A stretch of DNA of 32,000 bases from Geotalea daltonii FRC-32 (GTDB lineage Bacteria > Desulfobacterota > Desulfuromonadia > Geobacterales > Geobacteraceae), in assembly GCF_000022265.1 (NCBI RefSeq), contig NC_011979.1:1710001-1742000 (forward strand). The letters run 5' to 3'. Positions within the stretch are counted from its first letter, which is position 1. The number at the start of each line of letters is the position of its first letter. Made by a program: the position numbers and the translations under genes. Under the pieces are notes generated by a model. It worked only from the letters and a program-made list of their open reading frames with translations. It did no database searches and had not been told where the DNA came from. Of this stretch, positions 16,136 to 24,725 are shown one piece after another.

Positions 16136-16984
16136 ATGAAAGCCATGAAAACAATTGAATGTAAAGCTCCGGCAAAGGTCAATTACCGTTTGGATGTCCT
16201 GCGCCGGCGGCCGGACGGGTACCATGACCTGCGCATGATTATGCAGCGTATCGACCTCTGTGATGATATCCGCATTTCTCTGTCGGAAACTCCCGGAGTG
16301 CGGGTGGCCTGCGGCAAAGAGGGGGTGCCCGATGGACCGGGCAATATCGCCTGGCGGGCTGCCGATGCGTTGCTCAAGCTTTCGGGGCGATGCACAGGCA
16401 TCGACATCAGCATCGTCAAGAACATACCGGTGGCTGCCGGTCTTGGTGGCGGCAGCAGCGACTGTGCCTCTGCCCTGATGGGGGTGAACGAACTCCTTGA
16501 ACTGCATCTGACCGATGAACAGCTGATGGAGGCAGGGAGCAAGCTTGGTGCCGACGTTCCATTTTTTATCTTCAAAAAGACGGCCCTTGCAGAGGGGATA
16601 GGCGATAAGCTTGCTGCCGTTGAGGCTGCCCCCGCATGGCTGGTTATCGTCAATCCCAATCTCGCTGTATCCACCGCATGGGTATACCAAAATTTGCAAT
16701 TGACAGCCGGAAAAGATGAATATATAATTCCTCGCTTCTATGGGAGTGTCTCGGATATCTGCGCGATCCTTGCCAACGACCTGGAGAAGGTTACCATCGG
16801 CAGGTTTCCCGTCATAAACCAGATCAAGCAGAAGCTGCTCCAGGTGGGCGCAGCCGGCTCGCTTATGTCCGGCAGTGGCTCCACAGTCTTCGGCATCTTC
16901 GCAGAAGAAGCCCCCGCCCGAAAGGCGGCGGAAAAGCTTTCCAGGGAGAGCGACTGGTTCGTAGCTGCGGTCAAAACACTGTAA
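16136..16984 (+). CDS. ispE: 4-diphosphocytidyl-2-C-methyl-D-erythritol kinase
   Basis: 282-aa [15 protein letters not shown]-terminus and the GHMP kinase motif [14 protein letters not shown]. It has the classic position upstream of tRNA-Gln and prs. Confidence 0.92.
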   Translation: MKAMKTIECKAPAKVNYRLDVLRRRPDGYHDLRMIMQRIDLCDDIRISLSETPGVRVACGKEGVPDGPGNIAWRAADALLKLSGRCTGIDISIVKNIPVAAGLGGGSSDCASALMGVNELLELHLTDEQLMEAGSKLGADVPFFIFKKTALAEGIGDKLAAVEAAPAWLVIVNPNLAVSTAWVYQNLQLTAGKDEYIIPRFYGSVSDICAILANDLEKVTIGRFPVINQIKQKLLQVGAAGSLMSGSGSTVFGIFAEEAPARKAAEKLSRESDWFVAAVKTL

Positions 16985-17002
16985 GCAGCGTTAAGCATGT
17001 AT

Positions 17003-17077
17003 TGGGGCGTCGCCAAGCGGTAAGGCACCGGATTTTGATTCCGGCATTCCCAGGTTCGAATCCTGGCGCCCCAGCCA
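17003..17077 (+). tRNA. tRNA-Gln (anticodon UUG)
   Basis: TGGGGCGTCGCCAAGCGGTAAGGCACCGGATTTTGATTCCGGCATTCCCAGGTTCGAATCCTGGCGCCCCAGCCA folds as a cloverleaf. Acceptor stem TGGGGCG/CGCCCCA; anticodon stem CCGGA/TCCGG with loop TTTTGAT; T-arm CCAGG-TTCGAAT-CCTGG; encoded CCA. It is nearly identical to E. coli tRNA-Gln. Confidence 0.95.
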
Positions 17078-17108
17078 TAAAATCTGTTGGAACAAGAGGT
17101 TGCAGTCA

Positions 17109-18059
17109 ATGGAAAACAAGATCAGGGTCTTCAGCGGAAATTCCAACCCGGTACTGGCGGAGAAAATCTGTGAAAGTCTGAAGGTGCCGTTGGGGCAGGC
17201 AAAGGTAAAAACCTTTTCCGACGGTGAAATCATGGTGGAAATAGGTGAGAACGTCCGGGGACGCGATATCTATGTTGTTCAGTCCACTTGCTCTCCCACC
17301 AACAATAACCTGATGGAACTCCTGATCATGATGGATGCCCTCAAGCGTGCTTCTGCCGCGACCATCACGGTTGTTGTGCCCTACTACGGGTATGCCCGTC
17401 AGGATCGCAAAGCGGCCCCCCGTACCCCGATTACCTCCAAGCTGGTTGCCGACCTTATCACCACCGCCGGTGCCGATCGCGTCGTAACCGTTGATCTTCA
17501 TGCCGGGCAGATTCAAGGCTTTTTCAATATTCCGGTCGATAACCTCTATGCAGCACCGGTCCTTATCGATCACCTGAAGAGCAGGTTTCCCGATGGGGCT
17601 GAGCAGATTGTCATGGTCTCTCCCGATGCCGGCGGTACAGAACGGGCCAGGGCCTTTGCCAAGCGCCTTGGTTGTACTCTTGCCGTTATCGATAAGCGTC
17701 GCACCGGCCCCAATGTTGCCGAGGTGATGCATCTGATCGGCGACGTCAAGGGCAAGGTTGCCATCATCCTTGATGATATGATCGACACTGCAGGAACCTT
17801 GACTCAGGCAGCCAACGCCTTGAAAGCCCACGGTGCAGAAACAATCTATGCCTGTGCCACCCATGGTGTTCTTTCCGGACCGGCTATCGAGCGGATCAAC
17901 AATTCAGTCATCGAGAGAATAGTCATTACGGATACCGTTCCCTTGGGGGAAAAGGCCGGGCAGACGCAGAAAGTCATGGTGTTGTCCGTTGCCAATCTGC
18001 TTGCCGAGGCCATCAGACGCATCCATGAAGATGAGTCCGTCAGTTCACTGTTTATTTGA
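17109..18059 (+). CDS. prs: Ribose-phosphate pyrophosphokinase
   Basis: [14 protein letters not shown]..., [11 protein letters not shown], and the PRPP-binding loop [16 protein letters not shown] 17109 has an AGAGG SD at about 9 nt; the track starts at TTG 17100. Confidence 0.95.
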   Translation: MENKIRVFSGNSNPVLAEKICESLKVPLGQAKVKTFSDGEIMVEIGENVRGRDIYVVQSTCSPTNNNLMELLIMMDALKRASAATITVVVPYYGYARQDRKAAPRTPITSKLVADLITTAGADRVVTVDLHAGQIQGFFNIPVDNLYAAPVLIDHLKSRFPDGAEQIVMVSPDAGGTERARAFAKRLGCTLAVIDKRRTGPNVAEVMHLIGDVKGKVAIILDDMIDTAGTLTQAANALKAHGAETIYACATHGVLSGPAIERINNSVIERIVITDTVPLGEKAGQTQKVMVLSVANLLAEAIRRIHEDESVSSLFI

Positions 18060-18107
18060 GATTGCAGCCAGTTTAAATATATTCAAATTGTTAACATCGG
18101 AGGATGT

Positions 18108-18698
18108 ATGGACCAGAGGATATTGAATGTCGAGTTGAGAAGCAAAACAGGCAAGGGCATTTCCCGTCAGTTGAGGAGGAGTGAGTCAATCCCCGGCGTC
18201 GTTTACGGGAAGGGTATCGAGTCCGTATCCGTGTCGCTGAAGACCAAAGAATTGAGCAATGCCATTGCCGGCGAAGGGGGCCGCAATCACATCCTGACCC
18301 TGAAGGGAGGAGGAAGCCTTGACGGTCAGATGGTGATCGTTGCTGACCTTCTCCAGGACAGCCTCAAGGGCCTGCCGCTGCATGTGGACCTGCATAAGAT
18401 CAATCTGGCCGACAAGATCAAGGTGAAGGTGAAGGTTAATCTTGTAGGTACTGCTGCCGGTGTCAAGGAAGGCGGGCTGCTTGACTTTGCCATGCATGAA
18501 ATTGAGATCGAATGTCTGCCATCGCATATTCCCGAGCATCTGGATGTTGATGTGACTTCTCTGACCCTCGGTCATTCAATTCATATCGGCGACCTGAAAG
18601 AACTGCCCGGCATCAAGGTGCTTGGCGATCCCAAGGCCTCTATCATCAGTGTTCTTGGCAGGGCCAAGGAAGAAGCTGCTCCGGTTGCAGAAGCTTAA
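18108..18698 (+). CDS. rplY: 50S ribosomal protein L25 / general stress protein Ctc (long form)
   Basis: 196-aa ORF. L25 N-domain [20 protein letters not shown] and a Ctc-type C-terminal domain. Conserved prs-ctc-pth order. Confidence 0.9.
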   Translation: MDQRILNVELRSKTGKGISRQLRRSESIPGVVYGKGIESVSVSLKTKELSNAIAGEGGRNHILTLKGGGSLDGQMVIVADLLQDSLKGLPLHVDLHKINLADKIKVKVKVNLVGTAAGVKEGGLLDFAMHEIEIECLPSHIPEHLDVDVTSLTLGHSIHIGDLKELPGIKVLGDPKASIISVLGRAKEEAAPVAEA

Positions 18699-18719
18699 GC
18701 CGTAGTCGCTGGTGTAAAC

Positions 18720-19295
18720 ATGGCCGTAAAAATTATTGTTGGGCTGGGTAATCCCGGCCCGAAATACCAATGGACCCGCCATAACGCGGGTTTCATGGTT
18801 TTAGACCGTCTTTCCCATCTGGCCGGCATCGCAATCTCGAAAAAGACCTTTTCGGGGGTTTGTGGAGAAGGCAATTGGCAGGGAGAGCGGCTGATTCTTC
18901 TCAAGCCCCAGACCTTCATGAACCTGTCAGGCCGTTCCGCCGCCGAAGCAATCAGATTTCACAAGCTTCCAATAGAAGACCTCATTGTCATCCACGATGA
19001 CCTGGATATCCCCTTCGGACGCGTAAAATTGAAACAAGGTGGTGGGCACGCCGGTCATAACGGTCTCCGTTCACTGGCACAGGAACTTGGCAGCGGTGAT
19101 TTTGTCAGGGTCCGGGTTGGCATCGGCCGGCCGGTCCATGGAGATGTGGTCAATTACGTACTCAACAACTTTAGTCCGGAGGAAATGGCGTCGTTGCCTC
19201 GCCTGCTGGATGGTGTTGTCGACCTGGTGGAGATGCTGGCCAGAGAGGGTCTGCCGAAAACAATGAGTCTGTATAACAACAAGGATTTGATCTAG
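18720..19295 (+). CDS. pth: Peptidyl-tRNA hydrolase
   Basis: IVGLGNPGPKYQWTRHNAGF, HDDLDIPFG and GGHAGHNGL motifs. Confidence 0.93.
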   Translation: MAVKIIVGLGNPGPKYQWTRHNAGFMVLDRLSHLAGIAISKKTFSGVCGEGNWQGERLILLKPQTFMNLSGRSAAEAIRFHKLPIEDLIVIHDDLDIPFGRVKLKQGGGHAGHNGLRSLAQELGSGDFVRVRVGIGRPVHGDVVNYVLNNFSPEEMASLPRLLDGVVDLVEMLAREGLPKTMSLYNNKDLI

Positions 19296-19304
19296 AGGTA
19301 GAAA

Positions 19305-20399
19305 ATGGGTTTCAACTGCGGCATAGTAGGACTCCCCAATGTGGGGAAATCAACCATATTCAATGCACTGACCTCGGCAGGGGCGGAGTCGGCAAACTAC
19401 CCCTTCTGTACCATCGATCCTAACGTGGGGATCGTTCAGGTTCCCGACGAGCGGATGAAGAAGCTGGCCGAGATCGTCCATCCCGAGCGTATCCTGCCCA
19501 CTACCATCGAATTCCTGGACATCGCCGGCCTGGTCAAGGGTGCCAGCCAGGGGGAGGGCTTGGGCAACAAGTTCCTCGGTCATATCCGCTCTGTGGACGC
19601 TATTGTCCATGTGGTTCGCTGTTTTGAAGATGAGAACGTCGTTCATGTGAGCGGCGGGGTCAACCCGGTCAATGATATTGAAGTCATCAAGACTGAACTG
19701 GGGTTGGCTGACCTGGACAGCGTCGAGAAAAAACTGGTCAGGGTGGAAAAGCTTGCCAAGAGCGGCGACAAGAAAGTGAAGGACGAAGCCGATTTCTATC
19801 AGCGGCTGAAGGGGGCAGTGGAGCAGGGGAAGCGGCCACAGGATGTGGTGACCAGCGACGATGAGAAATTATGGCTTTACGACCTCCATTTGCTGACTGA
19901 CAAGCCGGTGCTCTATGTGGCCAATGTCTCCGAAGACGACCTTGAGGGAAAGCATCCTTTTGTCGCCCGGGTACAGGAATTGGCAGCAGCGGAAGGTGCC
20001 AGGGTTGTTACCATCTGCGGTCGTATCGAAGCCGAAATCTCTGAGCTGGACGGTGATGAGAAGGAGGCCTTTCTTGCCGAGATGGGGCTGAAAGAGTCGG
20101 GGCTTGACCGTCTGATCCGTTCCGGCTATGAACTGCTCGGCCTGATCACTTATTTCACCGCCGGTGTCAAGGAAGTACGCGCCTGGACAATTACCCGTGG
20201 TACAAAAGCGCCCCAGGCGGCCGGCGTGATCCATTCCGACTTCGAAAAGGGCTTCATCCGTGCAGAGGTTATCGCTTACAGCGACTTCATTGCTGCCGGT
20301 GGTGAAGCCGGGGCCAAGGAAAAAGGATTGATGCGGCTGGAGGGGAAGGAATATGTTGTGCAAGATGGAGACGTCATGCACTTCCGCTTCAACGTGTGA
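19305..20399 (+). CDS. ychF: Ribosome-binding ATPase YchF
   Basis: 364-aa ORF. P-loop [30 protein letters not shown], and a TGS-like C-terminus ending [11 protein letters not shown]. Confidence 0.95.
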   Translation: MGFNCGIVGLPNVGKSTIFNALTSAGAESANYPFCTIDPNVGIVQVPDERMKKLAEIVHPERILPTTIEFLDIAGLVKGASQGEGLGNKFLGHIRSVDAIVHVVRCFEDENVVHVSGGVNPVNDIEVIKTELGLADLDSVEKKLVRVEKLAKSGDKKVKDEADFYQRLKGAVEQGKRPQDVVTSDDEKLWLYDLHLLTDKPVLYVANVSEDDLEGKHPFVARVQELAAAEGARVVTICGRIEAEISELDGDEKEAFLAEMGLKESGLDRLIRSGYELLGLITYFTAGVKEVRAWTITRGTKAPQAAGVIHSDFEKGFIRAEVIAYSDFIAAGGEAGAKEKGLMRLEGKEYVVQDGDVMHFRFNV

Positions 20400-20547
20400 G
20401 GAGGAGCGCGGCTTTTTCAAAATGGCGGCGTTCATTTTCGCGCTTCCTTGTGCGGCGTACCCGGGGTACGACTCCGCCGCCACTCAATTGCCTTGCCCTT
20501 GTAAAAAATCCGCACTCCTGCAATTTGGTGCGTTTGGAAGAAAGACC

Positions 20548-20576
20548 TTGAATTATCGGATAAACTGTAGTAAAAG
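20548..20576 (+). promoter_or_regulatory. Candidate sigma-70 promoter for the rpsF operon
   Basis: TTGAAT, a 17-nt spacer, then TAAAAG, about 90 nt upstream of rpsF. This is pattern match only. Confidence 0.3.
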
Positions 20577-20610
20577 TTTCAGTTTCCAAAGAGCGGCAAT
20601 TACGCCGTAT

Positions 20611-20660
20611 CTCCTTGCTCCGGGTTGGTCCGGGGCTAAATAAACCGTGAGGAGGAAGTA
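20611..20660 (+). promoter_or_regulatory. Candidate rpsF 5' leader structure (possible S6:S18 autoregulatory element)
   Basis: Hairpin GCTCCGG-GTTGGT-CCGGGGC (20617-20636), flanked by CTCCT (20611-20615). CTCCT is complementary to the AGGAG of the rpsF SD (20649-20655). Confidence 0.3.
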
Positions 20661-20663
20661 CCA

Positions 20664-21050
20664 ATGAGGATGTATGAAACGATTTTCATCGTCCAGCCGG
20701 ACCTTGGCGAAGAGGAATTGAAGGGCATTTCCGCCAGGGTTCAGGAAGTGATCGTCAGCATGAAGGGCGAGCTCAAAAGGCTGGAAGATTGGGGGGCGAG
20801 GAAGCTTGCCTATCCGATCGAGAAATTTAACCGTGGTCGCTACTATTATCTCCGTTTCGACGGCGATGCAGCGCTGATCGCCGAACTTGAGCGGCGTCTG
20901 AGACTGAACGACAAGATCATCAGATATCAGAGCGTGAAGCTGGAGAAAGAAGCTCCGGCCGCTGCCGCCATTCCTGCCAAGGTAACCGAGGAAGAGCCCG
21001 TAGAGGCCGCTCCCGAAGCCAAGGTAGAAACGACAACCGAGGAGGAGTAA
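20664..21050 (+). CDS. rpsF: 30S ribosomal protein S6
   Basis: MRMYETIFIVQPDL...WGARKLAYPI, with an acidic C-terminal tail. Strong GAGGAGG SD. Confidence 0.95.
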   Translation: MRMYETIFIVQPDLGEEELKGISARVQEVIVSMKGELKRLEDWGARKLAYPIEKFNRGRYYYLRFDGDAALIAELERRLRLNDKIIRYQSVKLEKEAPAAAAIPAKVTEEEPVEAAPEAKVETTTEEE

Positions 21051-21054
21051 TTAG

Positions 21055-21330
21055 ATGAGCGACGAAAGAGCACCCCAGAGAAGCACAGGTCCGCGTAAAA
21101 AGAGACCTTTTCAGCGGCGCAAGGTATGCCGCTTCTGTGCAGACAAGCAGGTAACCATAGATTACAAGGACCCGCGCACCCTTCGCTACTTCATCAGTGA
21201 GCGGGGCAAGATCATTCCGAGAAGGATCTCCGGCAACTGCGCCAAACATCAGCGTGAGATCACCGAAGCGATCAAGCGTGCCAGAAACATCGCGCTGCTG
21301 CCCATCGCCGGCAGCCATGCAGCACAGTAA
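21055..21330 (+). CDS. rpsR: 30S ribosomal protein S18
   Basis: [59 protein letters not shown]. Confidence 0.95.
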   Translation: MSDERAPQRSTGPRKKRPFQRRKVCRFCADKQVTIDYKDPRTLRYFISERGKIIPRRISGNCAKHQREITEAIKRARNIALLPIAGSHAAQ

Positions 21331-21342
21331 CGGTAGGTATAA

Positions 21343-22284
21343 ATGAAGCTTCCCGTACAGGGGACGCCACTGGATATTATAAAGGGGAGCGTCATTACCC
21401 TGGCGCTTTTTCTTACCTATCTGACACTGCCTGTTTTTGGCATGCTGCCGGGGCTTTTGGCTCCGACTGCAGGGATTTACTACTTCCTCAAAAGCGGCAG
21501 AGCGGCAGGTTATGCCATAGTTGTTATTTCCATGGCTGTGCTGGCAGCATATGATCCCGCTTCTGCTGCCATTTATATGCTGCAATGTGGCATCATGACA
21601 ATGTCTCTGGCCGAATTCCTTTCCCGGAATAAGGGGGGCAGCCGGTCCATTGTCTATGGGATGGCCATTAATCTTGCAGTGATGCTGGTTGCTGCAGCTG
21701 TATATTCTCTTGCCACCGGCAATAATATTCATCTGCAAGTGATAAAGGGGATTAACTCGAGCATATCCCAGACAGCAGCTCTTTACGGAAAAGCCGGCGT
21801 CGGGGCGGATGAACTCAAAACCTTGCAGCAGTCCATGGAGCAGGCTGGCGTATTCATAACCAGGACCTACCCGGCCTTGATCACGGTGAGCCTTGGCTTC
21901 ATTGCCGGAATAAACCTGCTTCTGCTGAGAAGGCTGTCGACCAGGTTTTCCCTGCCGGTCTTACTGGGAGACTTCAAGAGATTCAAAAATCCGGACCAAC
22001 TGGTCTGGGTGTTGATATTCGCCGGTTTTGCCATGCTGGTGGAGAGCAAGACGGTGTCGCTTCCTGCTCTCAATCTACTGATCGTCATTGCTTCAGCCTA
22101 TTTCATTCAGGGAATGGCGGTGATGGCTCACTCTTTCGAGCGTTTTGCCGTACCCTTTTTTGTCCGTCTCATATTTTACCTGCTGCTTTCCCTGCAGCCA
22201 TTTCTAACGGTGGTAGTGGCGGCACTGGGTGTTTTTGATCTGTGGGGCGATTTTCGCACCCCGAAAAACAAGGAAAACCTGTAA
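21343..22284 (+). CDS. DUF2232 / YybS-like polytopic membrane protein
   Basis: 313-aa ORF with about 7-8 hydrophobic segments. It occupies the position between rpsR and rplI, as YybS sits upstream of rplI in Firmicutes. Confidence 0.7.
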   Translation: MKLPVQGTPLDIIKGSVITLALFLTYLTLPVFGMLPGLLAPTAGIYYFLKSGRAAGYAIVVISMAVLAAYDPASAAIYMLQCGIMTMSLAEFLSRNKGGSRSIVYGMAINLAVMLVAAAVYSLATGNNIHLQVIKGINSSISQTAALYGKAGVGADELKTLQQSMEQAGVFITRTYPALITVSLGFIAGINLLLLRRLSTRFSLPVLLGDFKRFKNPDQLVWVLIFAGFAMLVESKTVSLPALNLLIVIASAYFIQGMAVMAHSFERFAVPFFVRLIFYLLLSLQPFLTVVVAALGVFDLWGDFRTPKNKENL

Positions 22285-22302
22285 ATCAGGCTAGGAGGAA
22301 AC

Positions 22303-22746
22303 ATGAAGGTAATTCTCAAGGAAAATTTGGATAATCTCGGCCACATCGGCGATATCGTCAAGGTAGCTCCCGGCTATGCCCGCAACTATCTGCTTCCCAA
22401 GGGCCTTGCCCTGGAAGCCACTACCAAGAACGCCAAAGCCCTGGATCATGCGAAGAAGCACCTGGAGTACAAGAAAAACAAGGTGCTTGAGCAGGCAAGA
22501 CAATTCGCAGCCAGGATTGAAGGCATCGCCCTTACCCTCAGCCACCAGGCCGGAGAAGAGGGCAAGCTCTTCGGCGCCGTAACCAACATGGAGCTTGCTG
22601 AAAACCTCAAGGCCCAAGGGGTGGAGATCGACCGCAAGAAAATCGTTCTTGCCGAGCCGATCAAGCAGGTGGGTGATTTCACTGCTATCATCAAGATTCA
22701 TCCCGAGGTGAACGCAACCTTGAAGGTGACTGTTACCAAGGCATAA
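22303..22746 (+). CDS. rplI: 50S ribosomal protein L9
   Basis: MKVILKENLDNLGHIGDIVKVAPGYARNYLLPKGLA. Confidence 0.95.
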   Translation: MKVILKENLDNLGHIGDIVKVAPGYARNYLLPKGLALEATTKNAKALDHAKKHLEYKKNKVLEQARQFAARIEGIALTLSHQAGEEGKLFGAVTNMELAENLKAQGVEIDRKKIVLAEPIKQVGDFTAIIKIHPEVNATLKVTVTKA

Positions 22747-22768
22747 TTGCCCGGCAGGTTGAGAAGCT

Positions 22769-22804
22769 AAAAAAAGGCGGCACGGTTTATCCGGCCGCCT
22801 TTTG
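22769..22804. terminator. Bidirectional rho-independent terminator shared by rplI (+) and mutM (-)
   Basis: An A-run, then stem AGGCGGC(A)CGG / CCGGCCGCCT with loop TTTAT, then a T-run. It abuts the mutM stop at 22805. Confidence 0.7.
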
Positions 22805-23620
22805 TCATTTCTGGCAGAGGGGACAGAAAAAGGTCGATCTGCCACCCAGTCGCATCATCCTGATTGCTGAGCCACACTTCGGGCAGGGGCGGCCTTTCTT
22901 GCCATAAATGCTGAATTCATAAGGAAAATAGCCTTGGGGCCTTTCGCCTGTCAAGGCACTTTCGATGTTGGAGGTTCCTGCTTCGACGGCATCAGTCAGG
23001 ACCCCCTTAATGGCATCGACCAGCAACAGGTCCTTATCGGGTGAAAGATCACTGGCTGACGTCTGCGGGGCAATGCCGGCACGAAAAAGGGACTCGTTGG
23101 CGTAGATATTACCGATACCTGCTACCACACGACTGTCCATGATCAGCTGCTTGATGGGAATCTTCCGTCGGTGTCTCTTCAGATACAGATAACTTGCTGA
23201 GAATTCTGCTTCCAGAGGTTCTGGGCCATGGGCAACCAAAAGAGGGTGCTGCAGCGGATCATTATCCGTCCAGATGATGGTGCCGAAGCGGCGTGGATCG
23301 GTAAAGCGCAGTATGTAACTTCCATCCAGCACCAGGTCCAGGTGGTCATGTTTGCCGTGGGGAGAGCTTGCCTTGACCAGGTAGAGCATGCCGGTCATCC
23401 CGAGATGAAAGATTATCGTGCCCCCTTTGCATCGTAAAAGCAGATATTTACCTCGCCGGTCCATGGCGACTATTAGCTGCCCGACTAGCAGCCGGTCCAG
23501 TTCAGGTGGAAGTGGATGGCGCAGTTTTGTGGCGCGGACGTTGGTGTGAATGATTCTTTTGCCCCTGACCTGTGGTCCGACGGCGCGGCGTATGGTTTCA
23601 ACTTCCGGTAGTTCCGGCAT
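22805..23620 (-). CDS. mutM: Formamidopyrimidine-DNA glycosylase (Fpg/MutM)
   Basis: MPELPEVETIRR N-terminus (catalytic Pro2/Glu3), an H2TH region, and the C-terminal zinc finger CPKCGSAIRMMRLGGRSTFFCPLCQ. Confidence 0.93.
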   Translation of the reverse strand: MPELPEVETIRRAVGPQVRGKRIIHTNVRATKLRHPLPPELDRLLVGQLIVAMDRRGKYLLLRCKGGTIIFHLGMTGMLYLVKASSPHGKHDHLDLVLDGSYILRFTDPRRFGTIIWTDNDPLQHPLLVAHGPEPLEAEFSASYLYLKRHRRKIPIKQLIMDSRVVAGIGNIYANESLFRAGIAPQTSASDLSPDKDLLLVDAIKGVLTDAVEAGTSNIESALTGERPQGYFPYEFSIYGKKGRPCPKCGSAIRMMRLGGRSTFFCPLCQK

Positions 23621-23652
23621 CCAGCTTCTCCCAATCCCAAGGTGGTTTGAGC

Positions 23653-23681
23653 AGTATATGTAAAATGCAATGATAAGACAA
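23653..23681 (-). promoter_or_regulatory. Candidate sigma-70 promoter for mutM
   Basis: Minus strand TTGTCT, a 17-nt spacer, then TATACT, about 30 nt upstream of the mutM ATG. Confidence 0.45.
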
Positions 23682-23716
23682 CAGGGGATAAGGTCGCATC
23701 AAATGCGTATAAATCC

Positions 23717-23745
23717 TTGACACACAAGCATATAAATTGTAATCT
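23717..23745 (+). promoter_or_regulatory. Candidate sigma-70 promoter for glyQS
   Basis: TTGACA (23717-23722), a 17-nt spacer, then TAATCT (23740-23745). This implies a ~95-nt 5' UTR. Confidence 0.4.
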
Positions 23746-23846
23746 ACCGCGGCTAACTGGTTGTATACAGTATACTTTTTCATTATCATCAAATCTGCGT
23801 TTACACTCGTTAAAAAAGATATTTCGACACAAACCGAGGAGGTAGT

Positions 23847-24725
23847 GTGCTGACCTTTCAGGATCTGATTCTTTCCCTTCAGGGATACTGGGCCGGCCAG
23901 GGATGCGTCATTCAGCAACCCTATGACTGCGAAAAGGGTGCAGGGACCTTCAATCCTGCTACTTTTCTGAGGGTGCTGGGCCCCGAACCCTGGAATGTTG
24001 CCTATGTGGAGCCTTCCCGCAGGCCGACCGACGGCCGCTATGGTGAGAATCCCAACCGCCTGCAGCACTATTACCAGTTTCAGGTCATCATGAAGCCTTC
24101 CCCCATGAACATCCTCGATCTTTACCTGGATTCGCTCCGCTCCTTCGGCATCAACCCAAACCAGCATGACATCCGTTTCGTCGAGGACGACTGGGAATCT
24201 CCGACCCTTGGCGCCTGGGGCCTGGGCTGGGAAGTGTGGCTGGATGGCATGGAGATCACGCAGTTCACCTATTTCCAGCAGGCGGGCGGCATCGATCTTA
24301 AACCGGTTTCCTCCGAGATTACTTACGGCTGCGAGCGCATCGCCATGTATTTGCAGGGGGTGGACAACGTCTACGACCTGGAGTGGGTGAAGGGTGTCAG
24401 GTATGGCGATATCCACCATGAGAGCGAGGTTGAGTTCTCCACCTACAATTTCGAGGAAGCGGATGTGGACATGCTCCTCCAACTCTTCAGGATGTACGAG
24501 AAGGAATGCGTCAGGCTGGTGGAGAAGGGGCTGGTTTTGCCGGCCTACGATTATGTCATGAAGTGTTCCCACACCTTCAATCTGCTGGATGCACGTGGCG
24601 CTATCTCTGTCACCGAGCGGGCTTCCTATATCGGCAAAGTGCGCAATGTGGCCAGGCTCTGTGCCGAAGGCTACCTGCAGATGCGTGAGCGGCTCGGATT
24701 CCCGCTTTTGAAAGGAGGCCGCTAA
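23847..24725 (+). CDS. glyQ: Glycine--tRNA ligase alpha subunit
   Basis: GTG start after GAGGAGG. (M)[26 protein letters not shown]...[15 protein letters not shown] is highly characteristic of GlyQ. Confidence 0.95.
   Translation: MLTFQDLILSLQGYWAGQGCVIQQPYDCEKGAGTFNPATFLRVLGPEPWNVAYVEPSRRPTDGRYGENPNRLQHYYQFQVIMKPSPMNILDLYLDSLRSFGINPNQHDIRFVEDDWESPTLGAWGLGWEVWLDGMEITQFTYFQQAGGIDLKPVSSEITYGCERIAMYLQGVDNVYDLEWVKGVRYGDIHHESEVEFSTYNFEEADVDMLLQLFRMYEKECVRLVEKGLVLPAYDYVMKCSHTFNLLDARGAISVTERASYIGKVRNVARLCAEGYLQMRERLGFPLLKGGR

Noticed and set aside
16085-20483. Minus-strand ORFs 16085-16699, 16183-16674, 17106-17864 and 19869-20483
   Set aside because: These are antisense shadows of ispE, prs and ychF.
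20920-21738. 272-aa minus-strand ORF spanning rpsF, rpsR and the DUF2232 gene
   Set aside because: It overlaps three well-supported plus-strand genes, and its translation is Cys/His/Gly/Arg-rich nonsense.
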